Below, piece after piece: positions 31,068-41,022 of a stretch of 64,000 nt of DNA; within the stretch, counting starts at the first letter, position 1; each line of letters starts with the position of its first letter. A program made the translations under genes and the position numbers. A model generated the notes under the pieces. The model had not been told where the DNA came from, did not search any database, and was given only the letters and a program-made list of their open reading frames with translations. Origin of the DNA: Alphaproteobacteria bacterium. GTDB lineage: Bacteria > Pseudomonadota > Alphaproteobacteria > CALKHQ01. The stretch is taken from contig CBDDFZ010000002.1 in assembly GCA_965227515.1 (NCBI GenBank), positions 448,001 to 512,000 on the forward strand. The letters are read 5' to 3'.

Positions 31068-32024
31068 ATGAAATTCGGCGCTTCGTCGTGGCCGTTCCAG
31101 TGGGAACCGCCTTATGAGGACTGCATCCGCTGCATCGCCAGCCTGGGCTTTCGCGCGATCGAGCTGATCGCCTGGAACAAGGACTACCTGGACGACTACT
31201 ACACCAAGGACACCATCGCGAACCTGAAGGCGGTGCTGGACGGCGAGGGGCTGGAACTCTCCCAGTTCGTCTCCACGCCGCACGACCTGTCCCACGAGGA
31301 CCAAGCCAAGCGCGATGCCGCCGTCGACCACTGGAAGAAGACGGTGGAGGTGGGCGTCGAGCTGGGGGCTGGGCTCATCAACATGGTCTCCTCGCACGCG
31401 TTCGCCATGCGCGACGGCGTGCAGGTGCCGCGGCTGATGAACAAGCCGGTGCTGCAGACCTATGCCATCGACGCGCCGGCCGGGAAGGACTGGAACCGCA
31501 ATTACGACGACTATGTCGCCGCGATCCGCCGTTGTGCCGATGCGTGCGAGGCTGCCGGCGTCGCGATGACGGTGGAGCCGCATCCGGGCCGCTACCTCGC
31601 CAACACCGATGGCGCGCTCCGGCTGCTGGAGCACGTGGACTCGCCGGCGCTGGGCGTCAATTTCGATCCCAGCCACACCTTCCCCTGCGGCGACTTTCCC
31701 AACGTCACCGTCTACCGGCTGGGCCTGAACATCCGCCACTGCCACATCTCCGACAATGACGGGGTGACCAACGCGCACTGGCGGCCCGGCATGGGCAAGA
31801 TCGACTGGCGGGCGATGTTCGCGGCGTTGCAGGAGGTTGGCTACGACGGCGTGGTGTCGATCGAGCTGGAGGACGTGCCGGGCGTGTCGCGCGGCGGCAA
31901 CCCCAGCGTACCCGGTGTCTTCCGCAACGTCACCGCGACCGAGACCTTCATCGCCGAGACGGTGGCGGCGCGAGACTACCTGATGGCGATCTGCGACGAC
32001 CTGGGCATCGCGGTGGAGCGGTAG
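31068..32024 (+). CDS. Sugar phosphate isomerase/epimerase (AP endonuclease 2 TIM barrel)
   Basis: VEPH, NFDPSH, HISDN, GMGKIDW, SIELE metal-binding motifs. Confidence 0.85.
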   Translation: MKFGASSWPFQWEPPYEDCIRCIASLGFRAIELIAWNKDYLDDYYTKDTIANLKAVLDGEGLELSQFVSTPHDLSHEDQAKRDAAVDHWKKTVEVGVELGAGLINMVSSHAFAMRDGVQVPRLMNKPVLQTYAIDAPAGKDWNRNYDDYVAAIRRCADACEAAGVAMTVEPHPGRYLANTDGALRLLEHVDSPALGVNFDPSHTFPCGDFPNVTVYRLGLNIRHCHISDNDGVTNAHWRPGMGKIDWRAMFAALQEVGYDGVVSIELEDVPGVSRGGNPSVPGVFRNVTATETFIAETVAARDYLMAICDDLGIAVER

Positions 32025-32054
32025 GGCGCTTCCTGCAATCCAATATGAAGAATT

Positions 32055-32255
32055 TGATGCCCTCGGCCTTGTGCCGAGGGCCCATGGCTATGCGGTGTTT
32101 TAGAATATGGTGACAGTTTACCAATTACCAATGCTGCCTCAGCGTGCTTCACCCTATCCAAGTCTGTAATTGGTAAACTGTCACCATATTATGTTGCCGC
32201 TAATATATTGAAATATTGGACATAAATGGATCCTCGGGACAAGCCCGAGGATGAC
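32055..32255. repeat. Composite palindromic element: a REP-like hairpin pair enclosing a 25-bp perfect inverted-repeat element
   Basis: Outer hairpins CCCTCGGCCTTGTGCCGAGGG and GGATCCTCGGGACAAGCCCGAGGATGAC. Inner AATATGGTGACAGTTTACCAATTAC (32104-32128) and its exact reverse complement (32166-32190). Confidence 0.85.
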
Positions 32256-32308
32256 GACTGTGTGTTGGCGAGAGGTAAGAGCCCAGGCTCCGCAAGGTTG
32301 AGTACGAT

Positions 32309-33790
32309 TCACACCGCCGGCAGCGTTACCTCCACGCGCAAGCCGCCGCCGGCAGCATCGCCCAGCGCGATGTCGCCGCCATGGGCGCGCACCACGGTGC
32401 GGGCGATCGCCATGCCGAGCCCGATGCCGCCGGTCTCCCGGTTGCGCGAGGCCTCCAGCCGCACGAACGGTTCGAACACCCGGGCGCGGTCCTCGGCCGG
32501 AATGCCGGGCCCCTCGTCCTCGATGGCGATGATGACGCCCGAGGCCGTCTGTGCGAGCGAGACATGGGCGCGGTTGCCATGGGTGGCGGCGTTCTCGATC
32601 AGGTTCCTGAGCGCGCGCTTCAGCGCGCCGGGCCGGCACGGATAGGGGGTGCGCGGCGCGTCATCCGCCATCTCGACCGCCAGCCCGATCTCGGCAAGGT
32701 CGTCGCACAGGCTCTCCAGCAGGGCGGCGAGATCGACGGTGCGCGTCTTCTCGCCGGCGGCATCCTCGCGCGCGAACGCCAACGTCGCCTCGGTCATCTC
32801 CTGCATCTCGGCCAGCGTCTGCAACACCTTCTCGCGCGTCTCCTCGTCCTCGATGAACTCGGCGCGCAACCTCAGCGAGGTGATCGGCGTGCGCAGGTCG
32901 TGGCCGATGGCGGCCAGCATCGCGGTGCGGTCGGCCAGGAAGCGTTGCAGGCGCTCGTTCATGCGGTTGAAGGCATGGGTGGTGCGGCGCACGTCGGCCG
33001 GGCCCTGTTCCGGGATCGCGTCGATGTGCTCGCCGCGGCCCAGATGATCGGCGGCCACCGCCAGCCGGCCGAGCGGCCGGGTGATGCGCCGGACCATGAC
33101 AATGACGACGACGGCGACGGCCGCGGCCATCAGTCCGATGGAGGCGAGATAGGCCCATTGCAGCCCCTCGATCGGTGGGCCCATGATGACGGCGATGTTC
33201 AGCCAGCGGCCGTCCGGCAGCAGCGCGCTGGCCGACAGCCGGGGCGGGCCGTCGGCGCAGCGGAACCAGTTCTCGTGCCCGCGATGGTCGTAGCCGTCGT
33301 CGTCGTCTTCGTCCCTGTCGCCGTCATATCGGTGGTCATCGTCGTCGTCGTCGTCGCGACCCCGGTCGCCCCAATCGCCGCGCCGCCAGCGCGGTCGGCC
33401 GTCGTCGCACAGGCCGACGACGACGCTGTCGACGGCGCCTTCGGCCACCAGTTCGTCGAAGGGCGCGCGGGCCGTCGCCTCGTCAGTCACCGCCGCGGGG
33501 TCGACGATGGGGCCGTCGGCGAACCAGATTCGGGTCGCGGGCGACGAGCTGACCTCGACGATCTGCGGATGTAGTGACGGCGGTGACTCGGTGATCAGGC
33601 GCACGATGGATGCCGCGCGCGTGGCGACCTCGCGGATCTCCGCGCCGCGCAGCGCCAGCATGCGCTCGTCGGCGAACATCAGCGCGGTTGCGACCTGGGA
33701 CAGCACCAGCGCGCCGAGCAGCACGGCGACGAGCTGCCCCGCCATATGGCGCGGCCACAGCCACCGAAAGACTTTGCCCAGCGTGGACAT
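32309..33790 (-). CDS. HAMP-domain sensor histidine kinase (EnvZ-like)
   Basis: Two TMs, HAMP, GHDLRTPIT H-box, NLIENA, DEGPGI, GIGLGMAI. Confidence 0.93.
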   Translation of the reverse strand: MSTLGKVFRWLWPRHMAGQLVAVLLGALVLSQVATALMFADERMLALRGAEIREVATRAASIVRLITESPPSLHPQIVEVSSSPATRIWFADGPIVDPAAVTDEATARAPFDELVAEGAVDSVVVGLCDDGRPRWRRGDWGDRGRDDDDDDDHRYDGDRDEDDDDGYDHRGHENWFRCADGPPRLSASALLPDGRWLNIAVIMGPPIEGLQWAYLASIGLMAAAVAVVVIVMVRRITRPLGRLAVAADHLGRGEHIDAIPEQGPADVRRTTHAFNRMNERLQRFLADRTAMLAAIGHDLRTPITSLRLRAEFIEDEETREKVLQTLAEMQEMTEATLAFAREDAAGEKTRTVDLAALLESLCDDLAEIGLAVEMADDAPRTPYPCRPGALKRALRNLIENAATHGNRAHVSLAQTASGVIIAIEDEGPGIPAEDRARVFEPFVRLEASRNRETGGIGLGMAIARTVVRAHGGDIALGDAAGGGLRVEVTLPAV

Positions 33791-34506
33791 CAGCGGGTGA
33801 CGTCGGTCGCCAGCATGTAGCCGCCGCCCCACACGGTCTTGATCAGCTGCGGGTCCTTCGGATCGCTCTCGATCTTCTTGCGCAGCCGGCTGATTTGATT
33901 GTCGATGGAGCGGTCGAACGCGCGGGCATCGCGGCCCCTGGTCAGGTCCAGCAACTGGTCGCGGCTCAGCACCACGCGCGGCCGCTCAAGCATCGCCGAC
34001 AGAAGCTGGAACTCCGCCGTCGACAGCGGCACGGCGACCCCGCTGTCGTTGACAAGCTCGCGGCGGTCGACTTCCAGCGTCCAGCGGTCGAAGCGCACCG
34101 CGCCGCTCTTGAGGCCGGCATGGTCGCGGGGCAGAGCGGTGGTGCGCCGCAGCACCGCCTTGATGCGCGCCAATAGTTCGCGCGGATTGAACGGCTTCAC
34201 CACATAGTCGTCGGCGCCCATTTCCAGCCCGACGACACGGTCGGTCTCCTCGGCCATCGCGGTCAGCAGAATGACCGGGGTGTCTCCGGTGGCGCGCAGA
34301 TGGCGGCAGAGCGACAGCCCATCCTCGCCCGGCATCATCACATCCAGCACCACCAGGTCGATGGCGTTGCCGGCCAGGGCCTTGCGCGCCTGGGCGGCGC
34401 CATCGGCCATGGTGACGCGCAGGCCCTGCTTGCCGAGATACTTGGCCAGCGGCTCGCGAATCTGGGCGTGGTCGTCAACGACCAGAATGTGTGGCGTGCG
34501 CTCCAT
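33790..34506 (-). CDS. OmpR-family response regulator
   Basis: ILVVDD, LDVMMPGEDG, KPF, winged-helix RSIDNQISRLRKKIE...TVWGGGY. Confidence 0.95.
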   Translation of the reverse strand: MERTPHILVVDDHAQIREPLAKYLGKQGLRVTMADGAAQARKALAGNAIDLVVLDVMMPGEDGLSLCRHLRATGDTPVILLTAMAEETDRVVGLEMGADDYVVKPFNPRELLARIKAVLRRTTALPRDHAGLKSGAVRFDRWTLEVDRRELVNDSGVAVPLSTAEFQLLSAMLERPRVVLSRDQLLDLTRGRDARAFDRSIDNQISRLRKKIESDPKDPQLIKTVWGGGYMLATDVTR

Positions 34507-34593
34507 TATTACTTCCTCCGGGCAACTCATCCTTCGCGGGGGTCCCTGCACCATGGCCGCATTGTAATTAGGCCCGGATCGGCCGGCGCGACC

Positions 34594-34617
34594 GACAAAG
34601 TTGTATCAAACTGTGTC
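34594..34617. promoter_or_regulatory. Possible OmpR-family tandem binding site between the divergent genes
   Basis: CAAAGTTGTAT / CAAACTGTGTC with 11-bp periodicity. Confidence 0.35.
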
Positions 34618-34728
34618 AGTCGCCGCGTCGGTGACCGACTGACACACATTCCCGGTCTTGCGCGTGAACTTTTGCGACAGGCGATGCCCATGTTTGGTCC
34701 ATCGCAACGACATCGAAAGGACGCAACG

Positions 34729-35391
34729 ATGTTCAACAAGACCAAGACGGCAATCCTGTTGGCTGGTGTCAGCGCCATCGGGCTCGGCGTGGCCGGGCTG
34801 GCGGTGACCGCCCAGGCCGACGGCGGCGGCGACCGGGACGGCCCGCGTTGGGGCCAAGGCAGTGGTGGTCACGGCGGTGGTGGGCATGGCGGCGGCATGG
34901 GCTGGCGTCACGGCGGTGGCCCCGGCGGACATGGTGGCCCCGGCGGGCATGGTGGCCCGTTCGGCGGCGGCATGATCGAGCGCATCCTCGATACCTTCGA
35001 TGCCGATGACAATGGCGCGCTGACCCAGGCCGAGATCGACACCGGCCGCGCCGATAACCTGGCCAAGTTCGACGCCGATGGCGACGGTGCGCTGTCGCTG
35101 GACGAGTACGAGGCCCTGTGGGTCGACTTCATGCGCGAGCGCATGGTCGACCGGTTCCAGGACCTGGACGCCGATGGCGACGCCTCGGTGACGGTGGCCG
35201 AGTTCATCGACCCCTTCGACCACATGGTCGAGCGGCTTGACGACGACGGCGATGGCGAGGTGACGGCCGACGAGTTCCGGCCCGGCCCGCGCCACGGTGA
35301 CGGCGAAGGTTACGGTCCGGGGCGTGGCTTTGGCGACGGCGACCGCGATGGGATGGGCCGTGGCTACGACGACGACGAGGACGACGACTAG
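34729..35391 (+). CDS. Exported EF-hand protein with Gly/His-rich linker
   Basis: Signal peptide; four DxDxDG..T/S..E loops; acidic tail. Confidence 0.88.
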   Translation: MFNKTKTAILLAGVSAIGLGVAGLAVTAQADGGGDRDGPRWGQGSGGHGGGGHGGGMGWRHGGGPGGHGGPGGHGGPFGGGMIERILDTFDADDNGALTQAEIDTGRADNLAKFDADGDGALSLDEYEALWVDFMRERMVDRFQDLDADGDASVTVAEFIDPFDHMVERLDDDGDGEVTADEFRPGPRHGDGEGYGPGRGFGDGDRDGMGRGYDDDEDDD

Positions 35392-35526
35392 TGCGATCTC
35401 GCGCGGCACGCCGACGTCCCCATCGTCCGGCGTGATAGCGTGCGGTGGACCGGCAGGCAGCCGGTCCGCCGCTTCTCGTATCCGGCCCCTGGGGCTTGGG
35501 TCGACTGCCGGGAGGGCAAGGCGGCA

Positions 35527-36075
35527 ATGAAACTGACGGACGACAAGAGCCGGTTCGGATTGGTTACCATCGCCAACCACTGGGTGATGGCGGGCCTGGT
35601 GATCTTCATGCTGTGGCAGGGCCTCACCATGGAGGATCTGCCGCGCGGGCCCGAGCGCACGGCGGAATTGGCGCTGCACAACGGGCTCGGCCTGCTGGTG
35701 CTGGCGCTCGCCATCATTCGCGTGGTGTGGCGGCTGACCAACAGGTCGCCCGCGCCCGCCGCCCCGATGCCGCGCTGGCAGCACATCGCCGCCGAGGCGG
35801 TGAAGGGCCTTTTGCTGCTGGCAGTGGTGGCGGTCCCGCTCTCCGGCTGGATGCAGGAGATGGGCGAGGGGCGGGCGATCGATTTCTTCGGCCTGTTCGA
35901 GGTGCCGTCGCTGACCGGCCCGAGCGAACTGGTGGAGGACATCGGCCACGAGTTGCACGAGTTCGCGATCCTGCTGATCCCGCTGATCGCCATCCATGTG
36001 CTGGCGGCGCTGAAACATCACTTCATCGACCGCGACGCCACGCTGCGGCGCATGCTGGGGGCCAAGTCCGCCTGA
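35527..36075 (+). CDS. Cytochrome b561 family protein
   Basis: NHW, LHNGLG, LHE, IHVLAALKHHFIDRDATLRRM. Confidence 0.9.
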   Translation: MKLTDDKSRFGLVTIANHWVMAGLVIFMLWQGLTMEDLPRGPERTAELALHNGLGLLVLALAIIRVVWRLTNRSPAPAAPMPRWQHIAAEAVKGLLLLAVVAVPLSGWMQEMGEGRAIDFFGLFEVPSLTGPSELVEDIGHELHEFAILLIPLIAIHVLAALKHHFIDRDATLRRMLGAKSA

Positions 36076-36193
36076 CGCCAAACCTCACCCCGACGTCACA
36101 ATTCCGCCGGACGCGTTAGTGCAGTATTGTCCTTCGCGAACGATCACCCGCTTGAAGACACGATCACCCGATTGAAGACTGGGAGCGACCGGC

Positions 36194-36652
36194 ATGGCGC
36201 AGGTAAGGAGATTGGCATTGGCGGCCGCGATGGTTGCAGGTGCGGCAATGGGCGGTTCCGCATCGGGGGCGATGGCCGCCGAACTGGAGGTCACTGTCGC
36301 GGGCGTCTCCTCCAACACCGGCAAGGTGGTGGTGGCGATCTACGATGCCCTCAGCGCCCAGCACTATCCCAGCGAGGTCGGCGTGCGCGCCGGCAACTTC
36401 GCGCGCGCGAAAACGGGAGACATGCGGTTCCTGTTCGTGGACCTGCCGCCGGGGCAGTACGCCGCCGTCGCGTTCCATGACCTGAACGACAACGACCGGC
36501 TGGATACCGATGGCATCGGCCTGCCGCGCGAGCCGTTCGGCTTCAGCCAGGATCCGGGCGTGCTGACCGGGCCGCCCTCGTTCCAGGATGCCGCGGTCAC
36601 CATCGGCGCCGGCCAGCCGCGGGCGATGACCACGGCCACGCTGGTGCAATAG
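36194..36652 (+). CDS. DUF2141 family exported protein
   Basis: Signal peptide; LPPGQYAAVAFHDLNDNDRLDTDGIGLPREPFGFS. Confidence 0.85.
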   Translation: MAQVRRLALAAAMVAGAAMGGSASGAMAAELEVTVAGVSSNTGKVVVAIYDALSAQHYPSEVGVRAGNFARAKTGDMRFLFVDLPPGQYAAVAFHDLNDNDRLDTDGIGLPREPFGFSQDPGVLTGPPSFQDAAVTIGAGQPRAMTTATLVQ

Positions 36653-36763
36653 CGCATTCGGTGGTAATCGGGCCGCAAGCCCGGAAGAATTGACGCCTGC
36701 CGAGCAGGCCAACAAGTCGACCCAACAGGACGACCCGACAGGACGACCGAGGAGGAACCCGAC

Positions 36764-37474
36764 ATGCCCGACGATCAGTCGCCGGCCGCCGATGCGCGCC
36801 TGGCCAAACTGGCCGAATACGACACGCCGACCATCTGCAACGCCCTGGAGGTCTGCCGGCCGGAGCGCCGGACCTTCGGGTTCACCACCAAGACGCTGAT
36901 CTGCCCCTATCCGGACCTGCCGCCGATGGTGGGCTATGCACGCACCGCCACCATCTGCGCGTCGCGCCCGCCGGCCGACCCGAAGAAGGTGCCGCAACAA
37001 CGCCTGGACTACTACAAGTACGTCGCGGCGGGGCGCGGCCCGACGGTCTCGGTGATCCAGGACCTGGACGACCCGGCCGGCATCGGCTCGTTCTGGGGCG
37101 AGGTGCACACCGCGGTCCACACTGCGCTGGGCTGCCAGGGTGTGGTCACCAACGGCGCGATCCGCGACCTGGATGCCAACGCGCCGGGCTTCCGCATGCT
37201 GTCGGGCACGGTCGTGCCGTCGCATGTGTGGGTGCACCTTGTCGGCTGGGGCGACGAGGTCAACGTGCATGGCATGGTGGTGCAGCATGACGACCTGATC
37301 CATGCCGACCGGCATGGCGCGGTGATCATTCCGCACGACGCCATCGACGAGACCATTGCCGCCGCCGGCCTCTGCGAGCGCAAGGAAGCCCCGGTGCTGG
37401 CGGTCGCGCGCGGCGAGGGCTTCACCGTCGACAAGCTGGCCGAGGCCATGGGCCAGGCCGCCGAAATTCACTGA
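36764..37474 (+). CDS. RraA/HMG aldolase family protein
   Basis: YDTPTICNALE, FWGEV, VVTNGAIRDL, DLIHADRHGAV. Confidence 0.88.
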   Translation: MPDDQSPAADARLAKLAEYDTPTICNALEVCRPERRTFGFTTKTLICPYPDLPPMVGYARTATICASRPPADPKKVPQQRLDYYKYVAAGRGPTVSVIQDLDDPAGIGSFWGEVHTAVHTALGCQGVVTNGAIRDLDANAPGFRMLSGTVVPSHVWVHLVGWGDEVNVHGMVVQHDDLIHADRHGAVIIPHDAIDETIAAAGLCERKEAPVLAVARGEGFTVDKLAEAMGQAAEIH

Positions 37475-37503
37475 TCCAGATCCACTGATCACGGGAGCGG
37501 GCG

Positions 37504-38043
37504 ATGGCGGACAAGCAGCAGAAGGCCGGACCTATCGTCAACGTCGCCGATGCACCGGTGCGCAGGTTGGAGAACGGCTCGCATTTCGCGGCGTCGATCG
37601 CGCAGCTCGGCGAACCCGCCGGCGGTGACAAGATCGGGGCGAACGTCACCACCGTGCCGCCGGGCAAGGCCGCGTTCCCGATCCACCACCACTTCGCCAA
37701 CGAGGAGCACTTCTTCATCCTCAGCGGCAGCGGGGTGCTGCGGCTGGGAGAGGCGACCCATGCCGTGCGGCCGCACGACTATGTCGCGATCCCGGCCGGC
37801 GGCGCCGACACGGCGCACCAGTTCGTCAATACCGGGACCGAGGACCTGGTCTATCTGGCGCTGTCGACCAAGTCGGCGCCGGAGGTGGTCGGCTATCCCG
37901 ACGGCGGCAAGATCGGTGTCGTTTCGGCGCCCTGGGGCAAGGAGCCGTCGCCCTTCTTCCTGGACGAAAGCTCAATGGTGAAGGCCGCCTACTGGGACAA
38001 CGAGGACGGCGCCGGCGTCGAGCGGGTCTTGAAGTCGAGCTGA
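37504..38043 (+). CDS. Cupin domain protein
   Basis: PIHHHFANEEHFFILSG, AHQFVNTG, YPDGGK. Confidence 0.88.
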   Translation: MADKQQKAGPIVNVADAPVRRLENGSHFAASIAQLGEPAGGDKIGANVTTVPPGKAAFPIHHHFANEEHFFILSGSGVLRLGEATHAVRPHDYVAIPAGGADTAHQFVNTGTEDLVYLALSTKSAPEVVGYPDGGKIGVVSAPWGKEPSPFFLDESSMVKAAYWDNEDGAGVERVLKSS

Positions 38044-38102
38044 GAACGGGTGGGCCGGCCATGCATTGGCCGGCCCAAATTAGGGCGTTTCTTGGATGAT
38101 CT

Positions 38103-38188
38103 GCACCGGCCCGCACCCCCACCCGGCCCCCCAACGATAGTATCCTGTCTGGGTGGCCGGGTGGGGGCGCGGGCCGGTGCCGACTTCG
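38103..38188. repeat. Palindromic REP-like element, copy 2 (inverted relative to 21384-21471)
   Basis: Reverse complement closely matches copy 1, including the CAGGATACTA loop; lies between convergent genes. Confidence 0.85.
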
Positions 38189-38207
38189 CGTAAGCGGAAC
38201 GATCCAG

Positions 38208-38630
38208 TTAAGCGTTCTTTTTCAAGAGGTCGCGGATTTCCTCGAGCAGCACCTCGTTGCGCGGCGGCTCTGCCGGCTCCTCCGGCTTCTCCTCTTCCTT
38301 CTTCTGCAGGGAGTTCATACCCTTCACCAGCAGGAAGACGGCGAAGGCGACGATCAGGAAGCTGATCACCGCATTGACGAACAGGCCGATGTTCATGGTG
38401 GCGACGCCGGCCTCCTGGGCCGCGGCGAGCGTCTCGAAGCTCTGGTCGCCGGAGAGCTGGATGAAGATGTCGGAGAAGTCGACGCCTCCGAGCAGGATGC
38501 CGATGGGCGGCATGATCACATCGTCGACCAGCGACTTGACGATGGTTCCGAACGCGGCACCGATGATGATGCCGACGGCCATGTCCACCACATTGCCGCG
38601 TAGTGCGAATTTCTTAAATTCCTGCAACAT
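38208..38630 (-). CDS. mscL: Large-conductance mechanosensitive channel
   Basis: [41 protein letters not shown]...[10 protein letters not shown]. Confidence 0.97.
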   Translation of the reverse strand: MLQEFKKFALRGNVVDMAVGIIIGAAFGTIVKSLVDDVIMPPIGILLGGVDFSDIFIQLSGDQSFETLAAAQEAGVATMNIGLFVNAVISFLIVAFAVFLLVKGMNSLQKKEEEKPEEPAEPPRNEVLLEEIRDLLKKNA

Positions 38631-38880
38631 ATCGACCGTCTCCCTCGGCATGCGAGCGCTGCCGCTTGTTGACCAGCCGTCGCCATCCCAACGTGCCGAC
38701 GGCATATGATTCGCCCCACGGCTGACAAGTTAAGCAAATCTGGATTCGGTGGAAAGCCATTGGCGGGCACATGCCATGTTCGCAAGCCACGAGCGGAGCG
38801 CCGTGCGGAACCGTTGGCGGCCGATGCCGCCGCCGCGGCAAAATGAGCCGCACCGAAAAAGGCACCCACTTTGGCCGGAC

Positions 38881-38898
38881 TTGTCATAAAGTTGACGT
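38881..38898 (+). promoter_or_regulatory. Putative Pho box
   Basis: TTGTCAT-AAAG-TTGACGT resembles CTGTCAT-N4-CTGTCAT and lies upstream of phoX. Confidence 0.55.
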
Positions 38899-39000
38899 CT
38901 GGGATCGCTAGGTTCCGGCCAGACGTTGCCCGTCGGAGTCTCCAGGATCGGCCGACCCCCAGGGACGGGCACGTAACAAACCACTCAGCGGGAGAGAGAT

Positions 39001-40887
39001 ATGAACAAGATCGAGAAGCTGTCGTTTGACGAGCATGACGAGCGCGTGCGCCCGGCGCCCGAGGAAACCGACTTCGACCGCATTGTCGAAGCCAGGATCA
39101 GCCGACGCGGCCTGATGGGCGGTGCGTTGGCCTTCGGTGGCGCTGGCATGCTGGCCAGCACCTTCCTGACCCGGCCCGCACAAGCCGCTGCCGACCGGTT
39201 TGCGTTCACGCAGATCCCCGCCGGTACCGCCGATACCATCGTGGTGCCGGACGGCTATACGGCCGAGGTCGTTGTGCGTTGGGGCGATCCGCTGTTCTCC
39301 GACACGCCGGAATTCGACCATGCGACGCGCGGCACCGCCGCCAGCCAGGCGCGCGCCTACGGCGACAACACCGACGGCATGGAAGTCTTCTCCCACGAAG
39401 GCCATACCCTGTTGGTGGCCAACAACGAGTACACCAACACCAACATCATCTGGGGCAACAACCCGGACCAGACGTTCCAGTCCGACGACGATGTGCTCAA
39501 GGGCATGATGGCGCACGGCAACACCGTCGTTGAGATTTCCCAGGGTGCAGACGGATGGGGGATCGTCCAGGACAGCCCCTACAATCGGCGCATCACGCCG
39601 CAGACCGAGATGGAGATCACGGGCCCGGCGGCCGGCCACGCGCTGCTGCAGACCGCGGCCGATCCGTCCGGCACCTCGACCCTCGGCACCTGGAACAACT
39701 GCGCCAACGGCCGCACGCCGTGGGGCACCTATCTGACCTGTGAGGAGAACTTCAACGGCTACTTCTCCTCGTCCGATCCCGAGGTCGAGATCTCGCCCGG
39801 GCTGTCGCGCTATGGCGTGTCGGCTGAGGATTGGGGCTATGGCTGGGCGACCATTGACGAGCGCTTCGATATCTCCAAGCACCCGAACGAGCCGAACCGC
39901 GCGGGTTGGGTCGTCGAGTACGATCCGTTCGATCCCAACGCGATGCCGAAGAAGCGCACCGCACTCGGCCGCTTCAAGCATGAGAGTGCCGAGCTTGTGG
40001 TCAATGGCGATGGGCGCATCGTGGTCTATATGGGCGACGACGAGCGGGGCGAGTTCCTCTACCGCTATGTCTCCGACGGCGTCTATGCGCCGGGCGGCGA
40101 CACCGAATCGCTGCTGACCGAGGGCACCCTCTACGTCGCCAAGTTCAACGACGACGGCACCGGCGAGTGGCTGGCCCTGACGCCGGAGACCACCGGCATG
40201 GCCGATGCCGGCGAGGTCCACATCCACGCACGCATGGCCGCGTCGACGGTCGGCGCGACGACGATGGACCGTCCGGAGTGGGTCGCCGCCAATCCGACCA
40301 AAGCCGAGGTCTATGTCTGCCTGACCAACAACCGCAACCGCGGGGTGAAGCCGAATGCCGGCGGCGACGAAGCGCCGGTCAACGGCCCCAACCCACGCGC
40401 GGAGAACAACTACGGTCAGGTCGCGCGCTGGTGGCCCGACGGTGCCGACCACACCGCCAGCGGTTTCTCATGGGACCTGTTCGTCATCGCCGGCAACCCG
40501 ACGGTGCACGACGATGCCTATGCCGGTTCCGACAACGTGACCGCCGACAACATGTTCAACTCGCCGGACGGCATCAAGTTCGACAGCAACGGCCTGCTGT
40601 GGATCCAGACCGACGGCAACTATTCCAATGCCGAGGGCTTTGCCGGCCAGGGCAACAACCAGATGCTGGCGGCCGATCCGGAGACCGGCGAAATCCGCCG
40701 GTTCCTGGTTGGGCCGAGCGAGTGCGAGGTGACCGGCCTGGCCTGGAGCCCGGATCGGCGGACCATGTTCGTCGGCATCCAGCATCCGGGTGAGGACGGC
40801 AACAGCCATTGGCCGGAAGGCGGCGATGCCGTGCCACGCTCGGCCGTGATTGCCGTGCGCCGCGACGACGGTGTCGTCATCGGCTGA
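39001..40887 (+). CDS. phoX: PhoX-family alkaline phosphatase (Tat-exported)
   Basis: SRRGLM twin-arginine motif; NCANGRTPWGTYLTCEEN, LGRFKHE, MDRPE, SPDG, IQHPGE. Confidence 0.93.
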   Translation: MNKIEKLSFDEHDERVRPAPEETDFDRIVEARISRRGLMGGALAFGGAGMLASTFLTRPAQAAADRFAFTQIPAGTADTIVVPDGYTAEVVVRWGDPLFSDTPEFDHATRGTAASQARAYGDNTDGMEVFSHEGHTLLVANNEYTNTNIIWGNNPDQTFQSDDDVLKGMMAHGNTVVEISQGADGWGIVQDSPYNRRITPQTEMEITGPAAGHALLQTAADPSGTSTLGTWNNCANGRTPWGTYLTCEENFNGYFSSSDPEVEISPGLSRYGVSAEDWGYGWATIDERFDISKHPNEPNRAGWVVEYDPFDPNAMPKKRTALGRFKHESAELVVNGDGRIVVYMGDDERGEFLYRYVSDGVYAPGGDTESLLTEGTLYVAKFNDDGTGEWLALTPETTGMADAGEVHIHARMAASTVGATTMDRPEWVAANPTKAEVYVCLTNNRNRGVKPNAGGDEAPVNGPNPRAENNYGQVARWWPDGADHTASGFSWDLFVIAGNPTVHDDAYAGSDNVTADNMFNSPDGIKFDSNGLLWIQTDGNYSNAEGFAGQGNNQMLAADPETGEIRRFLVGPSECEVTGLAWSPDRRTMFVGIQHPGEDGNSHWPEGGDAVPRSAVIAVRRDDGVVIG

Positions 40888-40936
40888 TCGGCCGTTCGGG
40901 CGCCTCGCTTGCGAGCGTCCAGCCGTGTGAAAATGC

Positions 40937-40964
40937 ACCGGCCCGCGCGTTTGCGCGGGCCGGT
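40937..40964. terminator. Hairpin between convergent phoX and denD-like genes
   Basis: ACCGGCCCGCGC-gttt-GCGCGGGCCGGT, perfect 12-bp stem. Confidence 0.6.
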
Positions 40965-41022
40965 CGCATGTTGGGGCACTGCGGTCGTCGCTCTGCGGTC
41001 TTGGCGAGAGCGAAAAACGATC

